NCBI GenBank assembly: GCA_045611585.1
Contig: JAZKXM010000088.1
Location: forward strand, 1 to 56,941
Origin: Candidatus Scatosoma sp.
GTDB lineage: Bacteria > Bacillota > Clostridia > Christensenellales > Borkfalkiaceae
Direction: 5' to 3'
Length of the DNA stretch: 56,941 nt
Shown: one piece after another, positions 19,349 through 27,914 of the stretch
How positions within the stretch are numbered: the first letter of the stretch is position 1
Layout: every line of letters starts with the position of its first letter
Made by a program: the position numbers and the translations under genes
The notes under the pieces: model-generated
Database searches by the model: none
What the model was told of the DNA's origin: nothing
The model's input: the letters and a program-made list of their open reading frames with translations, nothing else

Positions 19349-20004
19349 ACGTCTATCACCGTCAATATGCCGTTTTCTACTGTGAATTGTATATCAAATT
19401 CCCCAAATTTCATTCCGTAAATCCTCGTCGGGTCGTCTTGGTAAGAGGGGCGGGGATCGTCGGCAAGACATTCCGTCAAGCCTTTTCGCTTTTCAGGCGG
19501 GATCATTTCTAATAACGTAGGAGGGAAACACACGGACAAGTTGTCCAAACGGTGTTCCTCGGCGTAGCTCCCCGTCGCGTCCGTTTTGCAATCGGCGTAC
19601 GGGATATACGGCTTGATATCCAAAATGGGCGTTCCGTCCAAAAGGTCTGCACCTGAAACCACCAAAACCACGCCGCCTTGCGGTGTGCGTTCCGTTCCTA
19701 ACAACTTCACGCAGGACAGTCCGATGGGGTTGGGACGAAAGGGGGAACGGCTGGCAAACACACCCACTCGCTTGTTGCCGCCCAGCCGCGGCGGGCGCAC
19801 GGTGGGGGAAAATTCCATTCTGTGCGCTTTGGAAAAATCGAAAATCAGCCAAAGGTGAGAAAATTCCTCAATTCCCCGAAATGCCTCCTCGCAATCGTAC
19901 GGGGGATAAAAATAAATTTTGGCGGGCAAGTTCGCCCGTCCGCTTTGGCGCGGAACGCCGAATTTTTCCTTAAAATCGTTGCGAATTACGCCGATCGGTT
20001 GCAT
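19330..20004 (-). CDS. trmO: tRNA (N6-threonylcarbamoyladenosine(37)-N6)-methyltransferase TrmO (TsaA/YaeB family)
   Basis: 224 aa; IGVIRNDF.....PRQ start and SRSPFRPNPIGLS motif of the YaeB/TsaA fold. Confidence 0.85.
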   Translation of the reverse strand: MQPIGVIRNDFKEKFGVPRQSGRANLPAKIYFYPPYDCEEAFRGIEEFSHLWLIFDFSKAHRMEFSPTVRPPRLGGNKRVGVFASRSPFRPNPIGLSCVKLLGTERTPQGGVVLVVSGADLLDGTPILDIKPYIPYADCKTDATGSYAEEHRLDNLSVCFPPTLLEMIPPEKRKGLTECLADDPRPSYQDDPTRIYGMKFGEFDIQFTVENGILTVIDVKTLGN

Positions 20005-20035
20005 AGCTTCACTCCTTTTTGTGCTTTCCGTTTCG

Positions 20036-20064
20036 ATTATACACGCTTAAAAAAAATTTGTCAA
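20036..20064 (-). promoter_or_regulatory. consensus sigma-A promoter for trmO
   Basis: On the minus strand: TTGACA (20064-20059), exactly 17 nt, TATAAT (20041-20036). Confidence 0.7.
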
Positions 20065-20179
20065 ACGGAAACGGGGGAAAACAGGCGCACGGGTGGTGGA
20101 TTTGGGGCGGTTTTTGCCCCAAAATTTCTTAAAAATTTTAACAAAAACCCGAAAAAGAAAAAAAGTGTTGTAAATTATA

Positions 20180-20208
20180 TTTACAAAGCGCGTTTTGTGT
20201 GGTATAAT
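20180..20208 (+). promoter_or_regulatory. sigma-A type promoter at the head of the 35-kb co-directional block
   Basis: TTTACA (20180-20185), 17 nt, TATAAT (20203-20208) preceded by TGTGG; about 55 nt upstream of the ATG at 20261. Confidence 0.6.
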
Positions 20209-20260
20209 AAAAGAGCGAAAAAAGGAAATTTTGTCGAAGGAAAGGGAAGGACGGAAAAAT

Positions 20261-21277
20261 ATGTTAAAAAAATACTATTCCGACAACTTAACGGGCCGTG
20301 TTTACGACGCCTATTTTTCCATTGACGGCGCGGTGCGGGCGTACCGTGACGACTGCACGCTGTACGGTGTAACCGCGGACGAGGCAACCCTTGCCCTCAA
20401 CGCCTTTTTCTTTGACAACCCCGACGTCTATTTTTGTTGCGCGCAGTTTGTAACGATGGAAGGTTCTTCCCAAGGGGTGCGGTTGCGCTTTTCCTATCAT
20501 CAATGCGATGAGGGGAAATTTGCGCGAGAGCTTAAAAAAATCACCGACGAGCTGGACAAAAAAATCACCTCGCAAACGACTGATTACGACGTGGCGAAGG
20601 CGGCGTACGACGTGCTGGCGGCGACGGTGAAGGGGGATTCGGAAGTTCTTTGCGCCTACGGGCGCCTAAACGTGCGCGATAGGGCGCAGGTGGAGGAATT
20701 TTCGCAAACGCACGGAACTTCTTTTTGCGCCTACGGCGCGATTGTCGAAAAGAAGGCGGTGTGCATGGGCGTTTCGCTTGCTTACAAGCTGCTGCTGGAC
20801 AAATACCGTGTAGAGTGCGCGGTGGTCACGGGGGATTATAATGGAATTCCGCACATGATGAACGTGGTTGAGGCGGACGGAAAGCGGGCGTACGTGGACG
20901 TGACGAAGGGGTTTATGGACGAACAGCTGCCCATGGTGCGTTACGACGTGTTTATGATGGGCGAAAAGAAAGTGGGAAAATATTTCGCGCCGCAGCAGGA
21001 TTTTGGGTGCGTGGATGAGGATTTGCACTACTTTGCCAAAAACGGGTTTTGGTTTAAGGACGGGTATGCGCTGCGGAGATACTTAAATTCCTTTACCTAC
21101 GAAAAGACGGGCGGCGAGGTTCGGTTTTACTATACGGGCAAGGGCTTTGACGACCGCGCTTTGGGAAAGCTTGCGGGGGATATCCTTCCCCGTCGGTGCG
21201 GGACGGAGTTCGATTACGTCGGGTGCATTGTAGAGCACGGCGTAGGAAACGCAATTTTGAAAAAACACAAGGAGTGA
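20261..21277 (+). CDS. transglutaminase-like cysteine protease superfamily protein (cytoplasmic)
   Basis: Cys-His-Asp layout of the transglutaminase-like core: KKAVCMGVSLAYKLLL ... IPHMMNVVE ... AYVDVT. No signal peptide. ATG 20261 has the RBS GAAAGGGAAGGA and lies downstream of the -10 box, so the ORF-track start 20195 is rejected. Confidence 0.7.
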   Translation: MLKKYYSDNLTGRVYDAYFSIDGAVRAYRDDCTLYGVTADEATLALNAFFFDNPDVYFCCAQFVTMEGSSQGVRLRFSYHQCDEGKFARELKKITDELDKKITSQTTDYDVAKAAYDVLAATVKGDSEVLCAYGRLNVRDRAQVEEFSQTHGTSFCAYGAIVEKKAVCMGVSLAYKLLLDKYRVECAVVTGDYNGIPHMMNVVEADGKRAYVDVTKGFMDEQLPMVRYDVFMMGEKKVGKYFAPQQDFGCVDEDLHYFAKNGFWFKDGYALRRYLNSFTYEKTGGEVRFYYTGKGFDDRALGKLAGDILPRRCGTEFDYVGCIVEHGVGNAILKKHKE

Positions 21278-21284
21278 TATTTTT

Positions 21285-23498
21285 ATGCAAGAGCAAGACA
21301 AAAGAAGGATGAAATGGCAGATCGACTTTGACAGCTTTTTCAACGTATTCAGCACCTTTATCATCGACGGGAATATCGACGATATTCAGCCGCTTATCGA
21401 CGAGGACGGCGGGGTGGAATACGTCCGTTTGACGGATTATTTTATCAGCAGTCTGTATGAAAACCGCGATACGGATAAAAAGTGCGTAGTCATTTACGAT
21501 CCCACCGAATCGGACGACAAGCGTTTCACCATCGCCTCGCCCTTTGAAGAACGGGTGAAAGAGAGCGAGGACGGGGAAAGCGAAAACCCCGACGAGGTGG
21601 AATACGAACGCGTTTACGACGATCCGCTTGCACAACATTTTTGGGATATTTTGCACGAAGAAGGGCTTGAAGAACAGCTTATCGGGCACAACGCGGGCGG
21701 GGCGTCCTTTGATATGGCTCGGGTGCATTACGCAGTTACCGAAAACGGGCGTATGACGCAAAACGAATTGCTTGCTCGGTTTAAAAACTTTTGGGATAGT
21801 TTAAACACGCAGGGCGGCGGCAGAACGACGGGGTACGTGTTCGTTATCAAAATGACCTCGCGGCTGTTGACGCACGAGGGTTCGTCCAACGGTTTGGGGG
21901 CGGACGAATTGCTTTTGTTCCGTCAGCTTTTGAATATCTCGCAAAATATCGTGAGAAACAGCGAGCATAAGTTGATTGTCCTTGCCAACAAAACGACGGA
22001 TTTGCCTATGTGGTTCACGGACGATACCGTCAATCCGTTTATCAAAAAATTGACGATTGAAAAGCCTTCCGAAAACAACAAAAAGGCGTTTTTCGATATG
22101 ATGATCGACGAGGTAAGCTTCGGCGAAGAATTTAACAGAAAATACCGCGAGGCAATCGCCTTAAAAGCGGGCGAAAGCTTAAATCCCGGGGAAACGGAAA
22201 CGCCCGCGGAAAAGAAAATTAAGCGCAAATTCCTTGCCTACACCAACGATTTTTCGATGAAGATGCTGGAATATTATCAATCCTACCTCCAACAGGGTAA
22301 CGAGGTGGATTCGCCCGACAAGCTGGGGTATTCGGTGGCGGCGTTTAAAGCGGGTACTTTGGAAAACCCTTGGGAGCGCGAAGACAAAATTAGAGATATC
22401 TTAAACATTACTTCGGTGGTGTCCAAAAAGATCAAGGGGCAAGACCAAGCCTTGGAAACGGTGCAAAATATCCTTACCCGCGCGGCGATCGGGCTGGGGC
22501 GGATAGATAACCCTAACGCGCCCCGCGTGGTGCTGTTCCTTGCCGGCCCTACTGGTACGGGTAAGACGGAGATTTGTAAACAGCTTGCCGAGGCGATTTT
22601 TGGCAGCGAAGAAAGAATGGTGCGTTTCGATATGTCCGAATACGGTCAAGACCACTCTGACCAAAAGCTGTTCGGCGCGCCTCCGGGATACGTCGGGTAC
22701 GAGGAGGGCGGTAAACTGACGAACGCGATGAAGAAAGAGCCTTTCTCGCTGGTGCTGTTCGACGAGATTGAAAAGGCGCACGGTTCGATTATGGATAAAT
22801 TCCTGCAAATTTTGTCGGACGGGCGTTTGACGGACGGCAAGGGGGAAACGGTCAGCTTTACGGACGCGATTATCGCGTTTACCTCTAACGCTGGCGTTAC
22901 CTCGCCTACGCCGAAAAACGAGTACGAGGCGATCGACATCGAAAAGAAGATGGGCGGCGAGAAAAAGCCCGAACGCGAAATGAATATGCAGGCGGTTATC
23001 GAAATGGAGCAAGAGGGCGTGCCCGCGGATGAGATTTACGAAAACGTCAGAAAATATTTCCGCTATAACGTCAAGCACTATTTCTGCTGTACCTTGAACC
23101 GTCCCGAACTGTACGGGCGTATTGAGGATTCGTTGGTGTATTATAACTATATCGGCAAGGCGGCGGTACAGTTGATCGTCGAGGCGAAGATGAATTCGCT
23201 GATCGAGGCGGTAAAGGACAAATACAAGATTGCGCAGGTGACCTGCGACGAAGCGGTAACGGACAAGGTCGTCGAATACTGCCAAACGGAACAAGTGCGC
23301 TCGATGGGTGCGCGTGGGATCGGCAAGGCGGTCAACGTGCTGTTTGAGGGCAGCTTGGCAAACTTCCTGTCCCCGTACGTAACCTTCCGTGACAATCACA
23401 GCCGCGCGGAGCTGGAAGGCAGAGCCCTGCGTTGTTCGGTTGCGGTGGGTCAAGAGGGGCTGTTAAAGCCCGCCGATCTTATATGGAGCGAGGCGTAA
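21285..23498 (+). CDS. AAA+ ATPase with ClpB/ClpA D2-type module and novel N-terminal half
   Basis: 737 aa. Residues ~400-737 carry Walker A GPTGTGKT (22545-22568), pore loop GAPPGYVGYEEGG, Walker B LVLFDE (22749-22766), FLQILSDGRLTDGKGETVSF, sensor-1 FTSNAG, RPELYGRIED and GARGIGKAV (D2-small). Residues 1-390 have no P-loop. Confidence 0.85.
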   Translation: MQEQDKRRMKWQIDFDSFFNVFSTFIIDGNIDDIQPLIDEDGGVEYVRLTDYFISSLYENRDTDKKCVVIYDPTESDDKRFTIASPFEERVKESEDGESENPDEVEYERVYDDPLAQHFWDILHEEGLEEQLIGHNAGGASFDMARVHYAVTENGRMTQNELLARFKNFWDSLNTQGGGRTTGYVFVIKMTSRLLTHEGSSNGLGADELLLFRQLLNISQNIVRNSEHKLIVLANKTTDLPMWFTDDTVNPFIKKLTIEKPSENNKKAFFDMMIDEVSFGEEFNRKYREAIALKAGESLNPGETETPAEKKIKRKFLAYTNDFSMKMLEYYQSYLQQGNEVDSPDKLGYSVAAFKAGTLENPWEREDKIRDILNITSVVSKKIKGQDQALETVQNILTRAAIGLGRIDNPNAPRVVLFLAGPTGTGKTEICKQLAEAIFGSEERMVRFDMSEYGQDHSDQKLFGAPPGYVGYEEGGKLTNAMKKEPFSLVLFDEIEKAHGSIMDKFLQILSDGRLTDGKGETVSFTDAIIAFTSNAGVTSPTPKNEYEAIDIEKKMGGEKKPEREMNMQAVIEMEQEGVPADEIYENVRKYFRYNVKHYFCCTLNRPELYGRIEDSLVYYNYIGKAAVQLIVEAKMNSLIEAVKDKYKIAQVTCDEAVTDKVVEYCQTEQVRSMGARGIGKAVNVLFEGSLANFLSPYVTFRDNHSRAELEGRALRCSVAVGQEGLLKPADLIWSEA

Positions 23499-23507
23499 AG
23501 GACGGTT

Positions 23508-24020
23508 ATGACCCAACGGAAAGAATTGCTAAAAATCGGCGCGAAATTAGAGCTCTGCGGCGAGCTTGACGCTGCCGCGGAGGTATATCGCAGATACGTT
23601 GAGGAGGGGGCGCGCCTTTCGGACGGAACGGACGCGCTGTGCCTTTTGTACGGAGAGGAGGCGTATAGCCAGCCTATTACCTCCTACCGCCGCGCGGCGG
23701 AATGTGCGTTCATCGGCGAGTGCGCCAAAAAACTGATAGAACTGATGCGAGGGAATTTCCCCGACGTCGGGCCCTTTGAAATGCCGACGGGGACGAAACG
23801 CCCCGACGCCGCCGTCGTTACTTTTTTCGAGTGGCTGACAAAACGGCGCAGTATCGGCGTGGACGATTATAAGATGTTAAAAAAGGCGAAAAACGCCTTT
23901 GCGAAATCGGGGAAGCTTTCGATAGAAGCGACTCCGTCCGTATCCCGTCGCACCTTGGAAGAGGTGGTGTGCGATTTGGTGTGCGGGGCGACGAAAGTGG
24001 TGGATAAAAGGTTGCGTTAA
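23508..24020 (+). CDS. hypothetical protein (170 aa, helical)
   Basis: ORF 9 nt after the AAA+ stop; its TAA abuts the next ATG (TAAATG at 24018-24023). No motif recognised. Confidence 0.65.
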   Translation: MTQRKELLKIGAKLELCGELDAAAEVYRRYVEEGARLSDGTDALCLLYGEEAYSQPITSYRRAAECAFIGECAKKLIELMRGNFPDVGPFEMPTGTKRPDAAVVTFFEWLTKRRSIGVDDYKMLKKAKNAFAKSGKLSIEATPSVSRRTLEEVVCDLVCGATKVVDKRLR

Positions 24021-25928
24021 ATGAAACTGATTAAAGTAAAATGTCCTAAAAACAAAAAGGTGGAGGTGGAGGACCTTGGCACGGGCGCGGCGCGCTGCCC
24101 CGCGCATTGTCCGTTAAAACAGCGCTCCCGTTGCTTTAACAACACCTTTCGATATACGGCGGCGTTAAATCCGTCCGTCACAGTGGACGTTCCTTTTGCG
24201 GAAGGGGGCGTCGTTTCCGCTTGTCCGCCTGCGGCGGAAAAAATTAATCCGCCTACTTTCTCTGCGCCCTCTTTTTCTGCACCTACTTTCTCCGCGCCTA
24301 CGCGCGAGGAGCATACGTCCTCCTTTGCCGCGCCTTCTTTTACGCGCGCGCCTGCGTACGAGAGCGCGCCCGCACGCGAGGAAGAACCTATATCCACGAT
24401 CGGTTACGCTTTCCCCGACGAGAAGGAAAGCGGGGTAATCGGGTATGAATTTCCTTCCTTTGAGGAGGAGAAGGAGTCCTTTTCTCAAAGGGGGCAAACG
24501 GAAAAGCGGAGTACGCTGGACAAATACAACGACGCGTTGACGTCGGTTAGCAGTCTGTTTGCGGGCGTTCGCACGCGGAGCGCGGACGAACCCTGCTTTG
24601 AGGACGGCGCGTACGTATTTTACGAAGGGGGGAATGCGGACGGCGCGGGCAATTCGGCGGCGGCGATACGGTATATCTTCCAGCATTGGTACGTATCAAA
24701 GGTGTTTGAGGAAAACGGAAAAAATTATCGGGAAGAATTTTTGTATCTTCTCAAACTGCGCGGGTTTAAGGACAAGGAAGCCGAGCTTCGCGCGATCGTC
24801 GAGGACGCGGCTTTGGACGTCAACAGAAAATTTTTCCGCCTTTTCTATTCGGTGATCTATCAAAACCAAATCAACGGGTTTTACTGGCACGAGGGGGATT
24901 CGCCCTTCCGTAAAATTCCGCCGAAATTTTTAAACTTGGAGGACTTTTTCAAAAAGCTGGCAGCCGCCTTGGACCCGTCCGAATTTTTGCAGAGTTTTGA
25001 AAACTGCTTTGACGAGCTGACGGTGTTTTTACAGGCTGGAAAGCAAACGGAAAACGGAAAGGAATGGTTTAAAAAGAATTTGCCGCTTATGATGGCGGCA
25101 CGGGAAAATTGCGTTTCTTACGTTGATGAAACGGACGGGAAGATTACGTTGAAGAACTTGGGCGGGATCAAAGGCTTTATCCAAAATATGGCAAAGCCCG
25201 CCACGGTAAAAACAATGTCCGAACGATACCGTTTCTTGCGGGAATTTAAAATTACCGTCAACGGACGGGTACTCCCGCGGGAACAGCCGTTGCCCCTTTC
25301 TGCGCCGAGGACGGCGGAGGACGACGGCGTGTATGAAAGCGTAGGACTCTTTTCCTTGGCGGCGTCACAGTGCGCTACGGCGTATAATTATTACGTCACT
25401 TTGTTAAAGGAATACGTGGACGTGTTTCACCCCGACAGCATACGCTTTGCAAACGGATATTTTTCTTGCAGGAATTTTTATGAGGAGCTGTTGGTTGCGA
25501 TCACGGACGCTTGCGCGCATCTTTCGGAGGAGCGGGCGGGCAGTTATCCCGAGGTGCAACGGCTGTACGTGGTAAAAAGCTTTTTCGACCGCGGCGTGTT
25601 TGATTATTTTGAAACCCGTTGCGAAACGAAGAAATTGCAGGGGCTGAAAAAGGCGTTTGTGGAAAGCGAAAAGGTGGATTTGGAAACGTATTTCCGCTTT
25701 GAGGGCTTGAAGCATTTTGTGACGGTCGGCGGCGAGAGAAAGACGGTCGGCGGGTATTTTAAAGAAACCGTCAAACGCGAGGCGTCCTTTATCGAAGGCA
25801 ATTTCGGCGCGGATAAGATCGCGAGGGCGTACTTTGCGGCGAAAATTCCGTCGGGGGATTGGAAGGTCGCCGAAGGGGAAATTGAAAAATTACTTGCCGA
25901 ACAGCAAAAGCTGGTCAACGAATTTTAA
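24021..25928 (+). CDS. hypothetical protein (635 aa) with Cys-rich N-terminus and P(T/S)FSAP repeats
   Basis: N-terminal C8/C26/C30/C38 (KCPKN..(17)..CPAHC..(7)..C); triple PTFSAP-SFSAP-TFSAP at 24252-24302; large C-terminal region without a recognised motif. Confidence 0.75.
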   Translation: MKLIKVKCPKNKKVEVEDLGTGAARCPAHCPLKQRSRCFNNTFRYTAALNPSVTVDVPFAEGGVVSACPPAAEKINPPTFSAPSFSAPTFSAPTREEHTSSFAAPSFTRAPAYESAPAREEEPISTIGYAFPDEKESGVIGYEFPSFEEEKESFSQRGQTEKRSTLDKYNDALTSVSSLFAGVRTRSADEPCFEDGAYVFYEGGNADGAGNSAAAIRYIFQHWYVSKVFEENGKNYREEFLYLLKLRGFKDKEAELRAIVEDAALDVNRKFFRLFYSVIYQNQINGFYWHEGDSPFRKIPPKFLNLEDFFKKLAAALDPSEFLQSFENCFDELTVFLQAGKQTENGKEWFKKNLPLMMAARENCVSYVDETDGKITLKNLGGIKGFIQNMAKPATVKTMSERYRFLREFKITVNGRVLPREQPLPLSAPRTAEDDGVYESVGLFSLAASQCATAYNYYVTLLKEYVDVFHPDSIRFANGYFSCRNFYEELLVAITDACAHLSEERAGSYPEVQRLYVVKSFFDRGVFDYFETRCETKKLQGLKKAFVESEKVDLETYFRFEGLKHFVTVGGERKTVGGYFKETVKREASFIEGNFGADKIARAYFAAKIPSGDWKVAEGEIEKLLAEQQKLVNEF

Positions 25929-25952
25929 GCAAGGCATACGGAGAAAGGAATT

Positions 25953-27914
25953 ATGAGTTCGATAGACAAGGGTGTAGAACAGGTCGTCAACCGAATGGGC
26001 AGAAACGTGCGGGTGGTAAAACGCGGCAACGTTATCTACGGGTATATGAACGGGGAACAGGTGTTTTCCCTCGCCGACCGCTACGGGTACATAAACGATC
26101 GGGAAGAAGCGATCATTCGGGACGGGATTCGCCGTTATGACGAGGAAGAACGCCGTCGGCAGGAACGTCGCGAAGCGGAACGCCGCGCTCGCGAGGAGGC
26201 GATTCGTCGCGCGAGAGAGGAGGAGGAACGCCGTCGGCGGGAAATGTTAGAGGCGGAACGCCGCCAAGCGATTGCAAACCTCAAACGGGCGGCGGAGGAA
26301 AAGCGCAGGGAAATAAACGGCGCGATCAGCCGTCGGCAAGAAGCGGTGCGGGCGATTGAAAACGCGGCGGAAAAACGCCGTAAGGGAATTGAAAGTATGT
26401 CCCGCAGGGCAAGCGGATTGGATTTTTCCGCTCTGTTACAGCGTAGCGCGCAAACGGCAAGCCGTCAGCGGACGGCGGCGGAAGGGGAAACGCAAAAATT
26501 CCGCGCGACAACCTCGCAGCTGGACGCCTTGACTGCGCAGATCAAGGATAGCATGACGACGGAGCAAGCCAACGAGCTTTTAAAGCGTTGCCGCAGGGTG
26601 ACTTTACCTGCTCTTTCGGGAGAGGACGCGGGGTACGAAAACGGAAAGTTCGCCGAAGAATTGTCGCAGATCGAAAACGGCTTAAACGAATTGTTGCCTG
26701 CGATCGGGCGGTTGCAGGAGGCGGGCGGCGCAAACGACGAAACGGGGATTATTGCGCGCGAAGCGATCAAGAGTATTTCCCTGCAAACGATCGGAGGCGC
26801 GGAGGATTTGGCGGCGGTTTCGGCTACGGCGGAAAAGCGGCTTTCCAAGATCGTAGAGGTGATGGAAAACAACCGCACGGCGGAGGCGGTCGGGAAGCTT
26901 TCCTATCTGCACGGCGCGGTGTCCGCTTGTAAAAAGACGCAGACGATGGTGGCAAAATCCACCTATACGGCAAACGATTTCCGTGGCGAAATCGTACAAA
27001 AGGCGACGGCGGCGCTGGCTGGGTTTAGAAAGCTTGCCGAAGGAGAATTTAGCACTTGCTCTAAGACAAGATACGCGCAAGCGACGGAGCGGCTGGAAGG
27101 TATTTTGTTGCAGGACGGCGTGGGCGAGGAAGTTTTGCGCGAGGTGGAAAAGCTGTCCGCAGAGCTGTCCGAATACGAAGAGGACGTCCGCCTGCATGCA
27201 GGGGAGTATGAAGAATATAAAGCTTTGAAGGAACGGCTGATCGGGTACGGTTTGGAGGAAAGGGAAATCCCCGCCTTTGACGTAAAAGGCTACGCAAGGC
27301 AAAAGCAAGAATTTTCCGCTCGGCTTGCCTATGAAAAGAGGGAGTATGAAAAATCTCAGCTGATTATGACGGATATGCATGCGCGTTCGGCGATGGAGCA
27401 GATGGGGTACGAACAGTTTGCCTCCGTCGGTGACGCGGAAGGGTACGTTAGAGAAGCGTTGTTCACCAAGGCTGGTTATGACGGAGTTTTGTGGCAGGTG
27501 ATTTCGTACGCCAACGGGTCGGTGTCCCGTCGGGTGATCGGGGTCAACAAAGGCGAAACGCAAACGGATAAAGAGTACGTTAAGCAAGTGGCGGCGGAAA
27601 TGGACGAAAAAGGGGATCAGCAACGGTTTTTGCAGTTGTTTAAAGAAGGGACGGGTTCGGAGCTTCGCGTGACCGAGGCGGTAGAGCACGATTCGGAAAA
27701 CGCCGACGAGGCAATTGAGAACAACGGGTTCCATTATTTGCAGGGGGAGGCTTTGCAATTATACGAAAAGCGAGTGCAAAAGATCGTCCAAAACAAGCCC
27801 GTCAAGGCGAAGCAAACGCAGGTGCGCGTGATGGCGGGGGACGCGGTGGCAAGCTCGGCGCGGTCCCTTTCGCGGGCGGCGCAAAAGAGCAGGGCAATGT
27901 GTCATGAGAATTGA
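25953..27914 (+). CDS. hypothetical coiled-coil / ER-K charged-helix protein (653 aa)
   Basis: RBS GGAGAAAGG. Residues 63-120 are almost purely E/R/K/A (EEERRRQERREAERRAREEAIRRAREEEERRRRE..); long helical middle; C-terminal tail ..QVRVMAGDAV... Confidence 0.8.
   Translation: MSSIDKGVEQVVNRMGRNVRVVKRGNVIYGYMNGEQVFSLADRYGYINDREEAIIRDGIRRYDEEERRRQERREAERRAREEAIRRAREEEERRRREMLEAERRQAIANLKRAAEEKRREINGAISRRQEAVRAIENAAEKRRKGIESMSRRASGLDFSALLQRSAQTASRQRTAAEGETQKFRATTSQLDALTAQIKDSMTTEQANELLKRCRRVTLPALSGEDAGYENGKFAEELSQIENGLNELLPAIGRLQEAGGANDETGIIAREAIKSISLQTIGGAEDLAAVSATAEKRLSKIVEVMENNRTAEAVGKLSYLHGAVSACKKTQTMVAKSTYTANDFRGEIVQKATAALAGFRKLAEGEFSTCSKTRYAQATERLEGILLQDGVGEEVLREVEKLSAELSEYEEDVRLHAGEYEEYKALKERLIGYGLEEREIPAFDVKGYARQKQEFSARLAYEKREYEKSQLIMTDMHARSAMEQMGYEQFASVGDAEGYVREALFTKAGYDGVLWQVISYANGSVSRRVIGVNKGETQTDKEYVKQVAAEMDEKGDQQRFLQLFKEGTGSELRVTEAVEHDSENADEAIENNGFHYLQGEALQLYEKRVQKIVQNKPVKAKQTQVRVMAGDAVASSARSLSRAAQKSRAMCHEN

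Noticed and set aside
20195-20260. Upstream in-frame ATG extending the TGase-like ORF by 22 codons (MCGIIKERKK..)
   Set aside because: This ATG lies upstream of or within the predicted -10 box (20203-20208) and has no RBS. ATG 20261 has a good RBS.
22401-23453. 350-aa minus-strand ORF inside the AAA+ gene (similar cases: 21093-21761, 26682-27758, 24165-24686)
   Set aside because: These lie antisense to ORFs carrying unmistakable ClpB-D2 or other motifs. Their sequence is low-complexity and R/L/H-rich, with no start context. I treat them as antisense shadows.
24252-24302. Short tandem repeat that might be taken for a DNA-level repeat or CRISPR-like feature
   Set aside because: There are only three imperfect 15-18-nt units inside an open reading frame (PTFSAP/SFSAP/TFSAP), with no spacers. 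It is a low-complexity protein linker.
27528-27545. Second possible glycyl-radical-like motif SRRVIGVNKG in the 653-aa protein
   Set aside because: It lies ~120 residues from the C-terminus. It also lacks the small residue before Gly and the aromatic or A-V context after it. It is weaker than the C-terminal RVMAGDAV tail.
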